This document shows positions 12,101 through 26,100 of a stretch of 64,000 bases of DNA, one piece after another. Source of the stretch: Eledone cirrhosa (lineage: Eukaryota); NCBI GenBank assembly GCA_964016885.1, contig OZ024742.1, positions 376,774,001-376,838,000 of the forward strand, written 5' to 3'. Position 1 is the stretch's first letter. Every line of letters starts with the position of its first letter. Made by a program: the position numbers and the translations under genes. The notes under the pieces were generated by a model. The model saw only the letters and a list, made by a program, of their open reading frames with translations. It was not told the DNA's origin and ran no database searches.

Positions 12101-15100
12101 CATATTACATACATATTACATATATACATATTACATATTACATACGTATTACATACATATTACATACATATTACATATTACATGTTACATACATATTACA
12201 TATTACATACATACATATTACATACATATTACATATTACATATTACATACATATTACATATATACATATTACATATTACATACATATTACATATTACATA
12301 CATACATACATATTACATATCACATACATACATATTACATACATACATATTACATATTACATACATATTACATACATACATATTACATATTACATATTAC
12401 ATACATATTACATATTACATACATACATATTACATATTACATACATATTACATACATACATACATATTACATATTACATACATATTACATATATACATAT
12501 TACATACATATTACATATTACACACATATTACATACATATTACATACATACATACATATTACATATTACATATGACATACATATTACATATTACATACAT
12601 ACCTATTACATATTACATATATACATATTACCTACATATTACATATTACATATATACATATTACCTACATATTACATATTACATACATATTACATATTAC
12701 ATATTACATACATATTACATACATACATATTACATATTACACACATACATATTACATATTACACACATATTACATATGACATACGTATTACATATTACAT
12801 ATTACATACATATTACATACATATTACATATTAGATATTACATATTACATACCTATTACATACGTATTAGATATGACATATTACATACATATTACATATT
12901 ACATATTACATACCTATTACATACGTATTAGATATTACATATTACATACATATTACATATTACATACCTATTACATACGTATTAGATATTACATATTACA
13001 TACATATTACATATTACATATTACATATTACATACATATTACATACCTACATACATATTACATATTACATACATACATATTACATATTACATACATACAT
13101 ATTACATACATACATATTACATATTAAATACATACATATTACATATTACATATTACATACATATTGCATATTACATACATATTACATACATACATATTAA
13201 ATATTACATATTACATACATATTACATACATATTACATATTACATACATATTACATATTACATATTACATACATATTACATATTACATATTACATACATA
13301 TTACATATTACATACATATTACATATTACATATTACATACATATTACATATTACATATTACATACATATTACATATTACATATTACATATTACATACATA
13401 TTACATATTACATATTACATACATATTACATATTACATACATATTACATATTACATACATATTACATATTACATACATATTACATATTACATATTACATA
13501 CATATTACATATTACATATTACATACATATTACATATTACATACATATTACATGTTACATATTACATACATATTACATATTACATACATATTACATATTA
13601 CATATTACATACATATTACATACATATTACATATTACATACATATTACATATTACATACATATTACATATTACATACATATTACATATTACATATTACAT
13701 ACATATTACATATTACATACATATTACATGTTACATATTACATACATATTACATATTACATACATATTACATACATATTACATATTACATATTACATCCA
13801 TATTACATATTACATATTACATACATATTACATATTACATATTACATCCATATTACATATTACATATTACATACATATTACATATTACATATTACATACA
13901 TATTACATATTACATACATATTACATATTACATACATACATATTACATGTTACATATTACATACATATTACATATTACATATTACATACATATTACATGT
14001 TACATATTACATACATATTACATGTTACATATTACATACATATTACATATTACATACATATTACATACATATTACATACATATTACATATTACATATTAC
14101 ATCCATATTACATATTACATCCATATTACATATTACATCCATATTACATATTACATCCATATTACATATTACATCCATATTACATATTACATACATATTA
14201 CATATTACATACATATTACATATTACATATTACATATTACATATATATTACATATTACATATTACATACATATTACATATTACATACATATTACATATTA
14301 CATATATATTACATATTACATACATATTACATATTACATACATATTACATATTACATACATATTACATATTACATACATATTACATATTACATATATATT
14401 ACATATTACATACATATTACATATTACATACATATTACATATCACTAAGACAACAATATTACTAAACCGACTACCGTCGGTTTAGGATTACATACATATT
14501 ACATATTACATACATATTACATATTACATATATATTACATATTACATACATACATATTACATACATACATATTACATACATATTACATGTTACATACATA
14601 TTACATACATACATACATATTACATATTACATATATATTACATATTACATACATATTACATATTACATACATATTACATACATATTACATACATACATAT
14701 TACATATTACATATATATTACATATTACATACATATTACATACATACATATTACATATTACATACATATTACATACATACATATTACATATTACATATTA
14801 CATACACACATACATATTACATATTACATACATATTACATACATACATATTACATATTACATATTGCATACACACATACATATTACATATTACATACATA
14901 TTAGATACATACATATTACATATTACATACATACATATTACATACACACATACATATTACATATTACATACATACATATTACATATTACATACATACATA
15001 TTACATATTACATACATACATATTACATATTACATATTGCATACACACATACATATTACATATTACATACATATTAGATACATACATATTACATACATAC

Positions 15101-15500
15101 GTATTACATACATACGTATTACATACATACGTACATCATCATCATCATCATCATTTTTTACGTCCGCTTTTCCCTGCTTGCAATGGTGGGACGGGAACTG
15201 ATACTGGCTTGATTTCTACAGCTGGATGCCCTTCCTAACACCAACCTCAGTTACAGTGAGTGCTGGGGGCTTTTTTGCCGTGGCACCTCCACGACCACTT
15301 TGCAGTGGAATTATAGGGACCCCAGTCCCTATCATCTCATTTCTACAGCTGAGTAAACTGGAGCAATGTGAAATAAAGTGTCTTGCTCAAGGAAACAACA
15401 CATCACCCGGTCTGAGAATTGAACTCACAACCTTTCGATTGCAAGGCCAATGCTCTAACCACTAAGCCATGTGTCTCCATATTACATATTACATTCATAC
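9180..15500. repeat. ~6.3-kb compound simple satellite of CATATTA and CATA units, with small insertions
   Basis: Interspersed 7-mer and 4-mer units; interrupted at about 10565-10975, 14442-14487 and 15134-15476. Confidence 0.95.
15134..15476 (-). mobile_element. Full-length SINE family 2 with RTE-derived tail
   Basis: tRNA-like head, CORE-like body, tail GGTTGGTGTTAGGAAGGGCATCCAGCTGTAGAAA...GCAAGCAGGGAAAAGCGGACGTAAAA(ATG)n; near-identical to 44311-44641 and 50406-50713. Confidence 0.88.
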
Positions 15501-15570
15501 ATACATGATAATGGCTGCCCCCTCGTTATCGAGTACGGCTATTACACGGAAAAAAAAAAAATAATAATAA

Positions 15571-15720
<150 letters not shown>

Positions 15721-15799
15721 TAACAGATTAAAGTTTAATAAATATTTGTTCTATGGTTCTTATTTGGATTTTATTCTTCAAATTTATTATTATTACTAT

Positions 15800-16198
15800 C
15801 ATGATGATGATGATGATCATCATCGTTTAACGTCCATCTTCCACGCTAACATGGGTTTGGACGGGAATGTTCCCACTTGAGGCAAGATTTGTTATCCTGC
15901 TCGTATAGGACTGTCTGGCGGGTTTTCTACGGCTGGATGCTCTTCCTAACACCACCACATTTACAGTGTGGAGTGGGAGGTTTCTACCGTGTTACCTACA
16001 CGGCCACATTACAGCGTGGACTGTGTGGTTTTTTGTCGTGACACCTACACGACCTCATTTGTTTCGGACTGGATGTTGTGGTACCAACATAACTTTACAT
16101 TGGAAGGGGTGGTGTGGATGGGGTGGGGATAGTGGGGCCGGGGTCTATTTTTGTTAGAGATGCCTATTGACTGTAGGTTTCGCTTTGTACTTAGGCGA

Positions 16199-16200
<2 letters not shown>
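15800..16200 (-). mobile_element. RTE family B 3' UTR-only copy
   Basis: Colinear with 41862-42260. Confidence 0.85.
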
Positions 16201-16293
<93 letters not shown>

Positions 16294-16336
16294 TACATAT
16301 ATATATATATATAGTTTCGCCTAAGTACAAAGCGAA

Positions 16337-16388
<52 letters not shown>

Positions 16389-16404
16389 CATATACATATA
16401 TATA

Positions 16405-19400
16405 TCATCATCATCATCATCATCATTTTACGTCCGTTTTTCCCTGCTTGCAAGGGTGGGCCGGGTCCTATTCAGCACAGTATCTCTCCACTTATCACGG
16501 TCCTTCGTCATCTCCACTGTAAGCTTCAGCAATCTGAGGTCTGCTCTCCCCAACTCCGCTTATGTTTTTCGTCGTCTATTTCTACCTCGTCTTCCTTCAA
16601 CTGGCATTTCCTGGCACTTCTTCACCCATCGGTCATCCTCCATGCGCATCACATGTCCATACCATCGCAGTCTCCTCTCTCGCACACTACAATCTATCCC
16701 TCTCAGATACAGTTTCTCTCTCAACACATCCATGCTCGGTCATTCACGCACATTGACATTGCACATCCAACGGCGCATGTTTGTCTCATTTCTCTCCAAC
16801 CGTCGCATATCCTCTGCAGTTGCTGTCCATGTCTCACTACCATGCAGCATCGCGCTCCTCACACAGGCATCATATAACCAGCCTTTCGTACGCAGGGAGA
16901 AACCCTTCTTCATCAGCAGAAGAAGCAGCTCCATAAACTTCTTCCAACCCGTCCTTATTCTAGATACTATGGCCTCGGAACACTCCTCTTCCATGCTAAT
17001 CTGATCACCTAGGTACTGGAAGCTATCAACCACTTCTATAGCGCCCTCCTGCATTTGAAAAATGTGTCTATCAATGCGACTTCTACTGTCTAATTTCCCT
17101 GTACATCTACTGCATACGTATTTCTCCTTACCTGTTAGTTTGCCTGCTATCCCACTATATCTCTTGTGTACCCAAGATCTGCATTGTGTGCATTTTATAG
17201 AATTTAAGCCAGTTCCTTTTCTGCATATCGAACATGGCCATTTCCCTGACGGAATCAGAGTTTTGTCCTCTTTACTACTCATCAACACTTTTGTCTTAGC
17301 TAGATTCACTCTCAGTCCTCTTGCTTCCAACTGCTGTTTCCATAGCCAGAATTTATTCTCTAGCTCCTCTACTGATTCTGCTATAAGAACCAGATCGTCA
17401 GCATAGAGAAGTCCCATGGACAGCCAGTCTTAAACTCCTCTGTTATGGCTTGGAGGACTATAATGAACAAGAGCGGGCTGAGGACTGAACCCTGATGTCC
17501 TCTTACTTGTATCTGGAATTCCTCACTAAACTCCATTCCTACCCTCACTTTACTAACAGCACCTCTGTACAAAGTTTGCACTGTCCTCACAAGCCATTCC
17601 TCAACACCTAGTTTCCTTAGGGACCACCCGATGACAGATTGGGGTACCCTATCAAAGGTCTTCTCTAGGTCAACAAAGGCTAAGTATAGTGGCTTATTTT
17701 TCTCTAAGAACCTCTCTTACAATTGTCTCACCAAGAAGAGGGCATCTGTTGTACTCTTCCCAGGCACAAAACCAAACTGCATCTCATCTAGTTTGACCCT
17801 TTCTCTAATTAGTTGTGCTAATATCCTTACTGCCACTTTCATAACCTGATCCATCAGTTTTATACCCCTATAATTGCTCCTCTCCAGAGCATCCCCTTTA
17901 CCTTTGTAGCAATTTATGAGAATACTGCTGCACCAGTCTTCGGGTATGATGCTGCAATATATAGCCTGATTGATGATGCGTGCAACCAGTTTAGTGCCTA
18001 CGTACCCTGATGCCTTCAGCATCTCAGCAACTATCCCCGACGGTCCAGCGGCCTTACCATTTTTCATTTCCTTAATCGCCTCTTGGACCCTATATTTGTC
18101 AATCTCAATAGCTGGTCCCTCTGTTGGATCTACTGAGGGTAATTTCTCTCTCTCCCATTCGTTCTCCACATTCATCAGTCCCTCATAATGATATTTCCAG
18201 GCCTCCTTTTCCTGATCATTCCTGACATTAAGTACACTGGCATCATTCCGGACACAAACATCCTGATTTGCATTGACACACTGCTTTGCAATGTGGAACA
18301 TCACATGTCTCTGATCTTCCCATCGCAGAACATTGGCAAACCTCCTACTCTTAGCCTCCCTGCATGCTAAGTACACCTGACATCTAGCTTCTCTCTTAGC
18401 GGCTGTATATCCTTCTCTACTCCTACCCTTTTTCCAAGCCTTCCATGCTAGTCTTTTGTCTCTAATGGCCCTATCTACTGTGCTATTTCACCACCAGGTG
18501 ACTCTCTGTCTGCCTGGAGCTCTGCTCCAGCCACAAGTTTCAACAGTAGCCTGCAGTAAGTTGTCATCTATGTCATACGTCTCTAAATCGTCTTCATACA
18601 CGCCTTGAAGGGCTTTCCTAAATTTGTATTTTAGTGAAAGGTCTTTTAGCTTCCAGATCTTTCTTCTCCACACCTTCCTGTATGTCTCATTCCATCTCTT
18701 GCTTACTGAGATATCACTAACGACTAACCTATGCTGTGGGGTACATTCTTCCCCAGGGTATGCCTTGGTATTTGACACCATCTGCCTGTCCCACTGCCTA
18801 ACTAGTAAGAAGTCAATCTGGCTTATGTGCTCGCCTGATTTGTAGGTTATTACGTGGTTGGCAGGTTTCTGGAGGTTAGTGTTGTAAATGGTTAGTGTAC
18901 TTGCATCAAAACATTTAAGAAGTCTCACTCCTTCTTCATTTCTTGAGCTGTAACCGTGCCCACCATATACTCCAGTGTAACCATCCTGGAGCTGTCCAAC
19001 ATGTCCATTAAAGTCCCCTGCTAGCATAACGATGTCTCTGTCCTCTGTCATTGAGGCTGTTTGTAAAAGTTGCTCGTAAGAGCGGTCTTTCTCTTCTTTA
19101 CCTAGGCCTGCCTGGGGAGCATAGGCAGAGATGATTGTCAGTAGTCTCCTGCCTACAACTAATCTAAGCTTAATTATTCTATTACTAACTCTAACTACCT
19201 CTATTGTCTTATTGATCCATCTCTCAGCCAGTAAAATGCCCACCTCCCCTAACCCATCATCAGTACCCACCCAGAAAAGCTTATAACTATGATATTTGCC
19301 TGCGATTAGTCTCGCAGAGGTCGCTCTCCATCTCACCTCTTTCTCTCCAGCATCTCCGCTATTTCACCAGATCTACCTGTGAGAGTGCCAACATTAAGTA

Positions 19401-19590
19401 TGGCAACTCTGAGATGCGGCGTCTTCATATTCTTGTTCCTTTTCCTGTTGTGCGATTGCTTGAAGACGGTCGGGGGCTCTCGTACATGGCCTCACAAGCC
19501 ACCCCACTACCGTGCGCAGCCCTAACATGGTTAGTGTTATTGCTGTTTATGCAGTTATTGTGATATATATTTGTTGCTGTGCTCATAATT
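16405..19590 (-). mobile_element. Near full-length RTE-clade LINE (short-3'UTR family A), APE plus RT, decayed by frameshifts and stops
   Basis: APE motifs (LNVGTL, ISAYAPQ, GDFNGHVG, SQIDF, QHRLVV) in 18488-19410; RT motifs (KGKGD..NYRGIKL, QFGF, QGSVLSPLLF, LLYADD) in 16740-18376; (ATG)n tail at 16405-16425. Confidence 0.95.
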
Positions 19591-19598
19591 GTTTTGGC

Positions 19599-19661
<63 letters not shown>

Positions 19662-19826
19662 TACATACACACACACATACATGCACACATATACACTTAT
19701 ATATATATATATATATGTGTACACATACATATACATACACACACAGATACATGCACACATATACACTTACATATATATACATATACATATACATACACAC
19801 ACACACATACCCACACACAGACATAC

Positions 19827-19869
<43 letters not shown>

Positions 19870-19872
19870 CAA

Positions 19873-19998
19873 TTAACAGTGCTGCGATCGAATGTGGCTT
19901 TTTAGCCCAGCCAATGATCTAACATGTCTTGCACAGAGTTGGCTACCAAAACATTCACTGGGAATAGCCGGCTGTGGTTGGCGTTCATGTACTTTTGC
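19873..19998 (-). mobile_element. C-terminal C2H2-like finger remnant of another RTE-type LINE
   Basis: SQLCARHVRSLAGLKSHIRSQH resembles the CxxCxxxxxSxxGLxSHxRxH terminus of RTE ORFs. Confidence 0.55.
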
Positions 19999-20155
19999 AT
20001 ACACACATATACACATACACACATACATACAGACATACATACACACACATACACACACATATGCTTCCAGGTACATTTACATGTATTTTTCCATACTTGT
20101 ATCTAATTTGATTTATTTTCTCTCTTCTCTCTCTCTGTATATATGTATAAATATA

Positions 20156-23100
20156 TACACTATAAAGTGGTTATGTAGGTGTCACAACAAAAGTGCCCAG
20201 TCCACACTATAAAGTGGTTATGTAGGTGTCACAACAAAAGTGCCCAATCCACACTATAAAGTGGTTATGTAGGTCCCACGACAAAAGTGCCCAGTCCAAA
20301 CTGTAAAGTGGTCATGTAGGTGTCACAACAAAAGTGCCCAGTACATACTGTAAAGTGGTCATGTAGGTGTCACAACAAAAGTGCCCAGTCCACACTGTAA
20401 AGTGGTCATGTAGGTGTCACAACAAAAGTGCCCAGTCCACACTGTAAAGTGGTCATGTAGGTGTCATGACAAAAGTGCCCAGTCTACACTGTAAAGTAGT
20501 CATGTAGGTGTCACAACAAAAGTGCCCAGTCCACACTGTAAAGTGGTCATGTACGTGTCACAACAAAAGTACCCAGTCCACACTGTAAAGTGGTCATGTA
20601 GGTGTCATGACAAAAGTGCCCAGTCCACACTGTAGAGTGGTCATGTAGGTGTCATGACAAAAGTGCCCAGTCCACACTGTAAAGTGGTCATGTAGGTGTC
20701 ACTACAAAAGTGCCCAGTCCACACTGTAAAGTGGTCATGTAGGTGTCATGACAAAAGTGCCCAGTCCACACTGTAAAGTGGTCATGTAGGTGTCATGACA
20801 AAAGTGCCCAGTCCACACTGTAAAGTGGTCATGTAGGTGTCACAACAAAAGTGCCCAGTACACACTGTAAAGTGGTCATGTAGGTGTCACGACAAAAGTG
20901 CCCAGTACACACTGTAAAGTGGTTATGTAGGTGTCACGACAAAAGTGCCCAGTCCACACTGTAAAGTGGTCATGTAGGTGTCACAACAAAAGTGCCCAGT
21001 CCACACTGTAAAGTGGTCATGTAGGTGTCATGACAAAAGTGCCCAGTCCACACTGTAAAGTGGTCATGTAGGTGTCACAACAAAAGTGCACAGTACATAC
21101 TGTAAAGTGGTCATGTAGGTGTCCCGACAAAAGTGCCCAGTCCACACTGTAAAGTGGTCATGTAGGTGTCACAACAAAAGTGCCCAGCCCACACTATGAA
21201 GTGGTTATGTACGTGTCACGACAAAAGTGCCCAGTCCATACTGTAAAATGGTCATGTAGGTGTCTCACAAAAATGCCCAGTCCATACTGTACAGTGGTCA
21301 TGTAGGTGTCACAACAAAAGTGCCCAGTACACACTGTAAAGTGGTCATGTAGGTGTCACGACAAAAGTGCCCAGTGCACACTGTAAAGTGGTCATGTAGG
21401 TGTCACAACAAAAGTGCACAGTACATACTGTAAAGTGGTCATGTAGGTGTGCCGACAAAAGTGCCCAGTCCACAGTGTAAAGTGGTCATGTAGGCGTCAC
21501 AACAAAAAGCACCCAGTACACACTGTAAAGTGGTTATGAAGGTGTCACAACAAAAGTGCCCAGTCCACACTGTAAAGTGGTCATGTAGGTGTCACGACAA
21601 AAGTGCCCAGTCCACACTGTGAAGTGGTCATGTAGGTGTCACGACAAAAGTGGCCAGTCCACACTGTAAAGTGGTCATGTAGGTGTCATGACAAAAGTGC
21701 CCAGTCCATACTGTAAAGTGGTCATGTAGGTGTCACAACAAAAGTGCCCAGTACACACTGTAAAGTGGTCATGTAGGTGTCACGACAAAAGTGCCCAGTC
21801 CATACTGTAAAGTGCTCATGTAGGTGTCACAACAAAAAGCACCCAGTACACACTGTAAAGAGGTCATGTAGGTGTCACAACAAAAGTGCCCAGCCCACAC
21901 TATGAAGTGGTTATGTACGTGTCACGACAAAAGTGCCCAGTCCATACTGTAAAATGGTCATGTAGGTGTCTCACAAAAGTGCCCAGTCCATACTGTACAG
22001 TGGTCATGTAGGTGTCACAACAAAAGTGCCCAGTACACACTGTAAAGTGGTCATGTAGGTGTCATGACAAAAGTGCCCAGTGCACACTGTAAAGTGGTTG
22101 TGTTGGTGTCATGACAAAAGTGCCCAGTCCACACTGTAAAGTGGTCATGTAGGTGTCACAACAAAAAGCACCCAGTACACACTGTAAAGTGGTCATATAG
22201 GTGTCACGACAAAAGTGCCCAGTCCACACTGTAAAGTGGTTATGTACGTGTCACGACAAAAGTGCCCAGTACACACTGTAAAGTGGTCATGTAGGTGTCA
22301 CAACAAAAAGCACCCAGTACACACTGTAAAGTGGTTATGAAGGTGTCACAACAAAAGTGCCCAGTCCACACTGTAAAGTGGTCATGTAGGTGTCACGACA
22401 AAAGTGCCCAGTCCACACTGTGAAGTGGTCATGTAGGTGTCACGACAAAAGTGGCCAGTCCACACTGTAAAGTGGTCATGTAGGTGTCACACAAAAGCAC
22501 CCAGTACACACTGTAAAGTGGTTATGTAGGTGTCACAACAAAAGTGCCCAGTCCACACTGTAAAGTGGTCATGTAGGTGTAACACAAAAGTGCCCAGTAC
22601 ACACTGTAAAGTGGTCATGTAGGTGTAACAACAAAAGTGCCCAGTCCACACTGTAAAGTGGTCATGTAGGTGTCATGACAAAAGTGCCCAGTCCACGCTG
22701 TAAAGTGGTCATGTAGGTGTCATGACAAAAGTGCCCAGTCCACACTGTAAAGTGGTCATGTAGGTGTCATGACAAAAGTGCCCAGTCCACGCTGTAAAGT
22801 GGTCATGTAGGTGTCACGACAAAAGTGCCCAGTCCACACTGTAAAGTGGTCATATAGGTGTCATGACAAAAGTGCCCAGTCCATACTGTAAAGTGGTCAT
22901 ATAGGTGTCACAACAAAAGTACCCAGTCCACACTGTAAAGTGGTCATGTAGGTGTCACAACAAAAGTGCCCAGTCCACACTGTAAAGTGGTCATGTAGGT
23001 GTCATGACAAAAGTGCCCAGTCCATACTGTAAAGTGGTCATGTAGGTGTCACAACAAAAGTGCCCAGTACACACTGTAAAGTGGGCATGTATGTGTCACA

Positions 23101-26100
23101 ACAAAAGTGCCCAGTACACACTGTAAAGTGGTCATGTAGGTGTCACGACAAAAGTGCCCAGTACACACTGTAAAGTGGTTATCTAGGTGTCACAACAAAA
23201 AGCACCCAGTACACACTGTGAAGTGGTCATGTAGGTGTCACAACAAAAGTGCCCAGTACACACTGTAAAGTGGTCATGTAGGTGTCACGACAAAAGTGCC
23301 CAGTCCACACTGTAATGTGGTTATGTAGGTGTCACGACAAAAGTGCCCAGTCCACACTGTAAGGTGGTCATGTAGGTGTCACAACAAAAGTGCCCAGTAC
23401 ACACTGTAAAGTGGTCATGTAGGTGTCACGACAAAAGTGCCCAGTACACACTGTAAAGTGGTCATGTAGGTGTCACAACAAAAAGCACCCAGTACACACT
23501 GTAAAGTGGTTATGTAGGTGTCACAACAAAAGTGCCCAGTCCACACTCTAAAGTGGTCCTGTAGGTGTCACAACAAAAGTGCCCAGTCCACACTGTAAAG
23601 TGGTCATGTAGGTGTCACACAAAAGCACCCAGTACACGCTGTAAAGTGGTTATGTAGGTGTCACAACAAAAGTGCCCAGTCCACACTGTAAAGTGGTCAT
23701 GTAGGTGTAACACAAAAGTGCCCAGTACACACTGTAAAGAGGTTATGTAGGTGTCACAACAAAAGTGCCCAGTCCACACTGTAAAGTGGTCATGTAGGTG
23801 TCATGACAAAAGTGCCCAGTCCACACTGTAAAGTGGTCATGTAGGTGTCACGACAAAAGTGCCCAGTCCACACTGTAAAGTGGTCATGTAGGTGTCACAA
23901 CAAAAGTGCCCAGTCCACACTGTAAAGTGGTCATGTAGGCGTCATGACAAAAGTGCCCAGTCCACACTGTAAAGTGGTCATGTAGGTGTCACGACAAAAG
24001 TGCCCAGTCTACACTGTAAAGTGGTCACGTAGGTGTCACGACAAAAGTGCCCAGTCCACACTGTAAAGTGGTCATGTAGGTGTCATGACAAAAGTGCCCA
24101 GTCCATACTGTAAAGTGGTCATATAGGTGTCACAACAAAAGTACCCAGTCCACACTGTAAAGTGGTCATGTAGGTGTCATGACAAAAGTGCCCAGTCCAT
24201 ACTGTAAAGTGGTCATGTAGGTGTCATGACAAAAGTGCCCAGTCCATACTGTAAAGTGGTCATGTAGGTGTCACAACAAAAGTGCCCAGTACACACTGTA
24301 AAGTGGTCATGTAGGTGTCACGACAAAAGTGCCCAGTCCACACTGTAAAGTGGTCATGTAGGTGTCACAACAAAAAGCACCCAGTACACGCTGTAAAGAG
24401 TTCATGTAGGTGTCACAACAAAAGTGCCCAGCCCACACTATAAAGTGGTTATGTAGGTGTCACGACAAAAGTGCCCAGTCCATACTGTAAAATGGTCATG
24501 TAGGTGTCTCACAAAAGTGCCCAGTACACACTGTAAAGTGGTCATGTAGGTGTCACAACAAAAGTGCCCAGTACACACTGTAAAGTGGTCATGTAGGTGT
24601 CACGACAAAAGAGCCCAGTACACACTGTAAAGTGGTCATGTAGGTGTCACAACAAAAAGCACCCAGTACACACTGTAAAGTGATTATGTAGGTGTCACAA
24701 CAAAAAGCACCCAGTACACACTGTAAAGTGGTCATGTAGGTGTCACAACAAAAAGCACCCAGTACACACTGTAAAGAGGTCATGTAGGTGTCACAACAAT
24801 AGTGCCCAGCCCACACTATAAAGTGGTTATGTAGGTGTCATGACAAAAGTGCCCAGTCCATACTGTAAAGTGGTCATGTAGGTGTCTCACAAAAGTGCCC
24901 AGTCCACACTGTAAAGTGGTCATGTAGGTGTCACAACAAAAAGCACCCAGTACACACTGTAAAGAGGTCATGTAGGTGTCACAACAATAGTGCCCAGCCC
25001 ACACTATAAAGTGGTTATGTAGGTGTCATGACAAAAGTGCCCAGTCCATACTGTAAAGTGGTCATGTAGGTGTCTCACAAAAGTGCCCAGTACACACTGT
25101 AAAGTGGTCATGTAGGTGTCACAACAAAAGTGCCCAGTCCACACTGTAAAGTGGTCATGTAGGTGTCACGACAAAAGTGCCCAGTCCACACTGTAAAGTG
25201 GTCATGTAGGTGTCATGACAAAAGTGCCCAGTCTACACTGTAAAGTGGTCACGTAGGTGTCACGACAAAAGTGCCCAGTCCACACTGTAAAGTGGTCATG
25301 TAGGTGTCATGACAAAAGTGCCCAGTACACACTGTAAAGTGGTTATGTAGGTATCACAACAAAAGTGCCCAGTCCACACTGTAAAGTGGTCATGTAGGTG
25401 TCATGACAAAAGTGCCCAGTCTACACTGTAAAGTGGTCACGTAGGTGTCACGACAAAAGCACCCAGTACACACTGTAAAGTGGTTATGTAGGTGTCACAA
25501 CAAAAGTGCCCAGTCCACACTGTAAAGTGGTCATGTAGGTGTCACAACAAAAGTGCCCAGTACCCACTGTAAAGTGGTCATGTAGATGTCACAACAAAAG
25601 TGCCCAGTACACACTGTAAAGTGGTCATGTAGGTGTCACGACAAAAGAGCCGAGTACACACTGTAAAGTGATTATGTAGGTGTCACAACAAAAAGCACCC
25701 AGTACACACTGTAAAGTGGTCATGTAGGTGTCATGACAAAAGTGCCCAGTCTACACTGTAAAGTGGTCACGTAGGTGTCACGACAAAAGCACCCAGTACA
25801 CACTGTAAAGTGGTTATGTAGGTGTCACAACAAAAGTGCCCAGTCCACACTGTAAAGTGGTCATGTAGGTGTCACAACAAAAGTGCCCAGTACACACTGT
25901 AAAGTGGTTATGTAGGTGTCACAACAAAAGTGCCCAGTACACACTGTAAAGTGGTCATGTAGGTGTCACAACAAAAGTGCCCAGTACACACTGTAAAGTG
26001 GTTATGTAGGTGTCACACAAAAGCACCCAGTACACACTGTAAAGTGGTCATGTAGGTGTCACAACAAAAGTGCCCAGTCCACACTGTAAAGTGATCATGT

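Noticed and set aside
9111-15238. YILHIT-repeat ORFs up to 433 aa
   Set aside because: CATATTA/CATA simple repeat that happens to lack stops on +; not telomeric TTAGGG either.
16405-19590. Active autonomous RTE
   Set aside because: ORF is broken into at least five pieces by stops and frameshifts.
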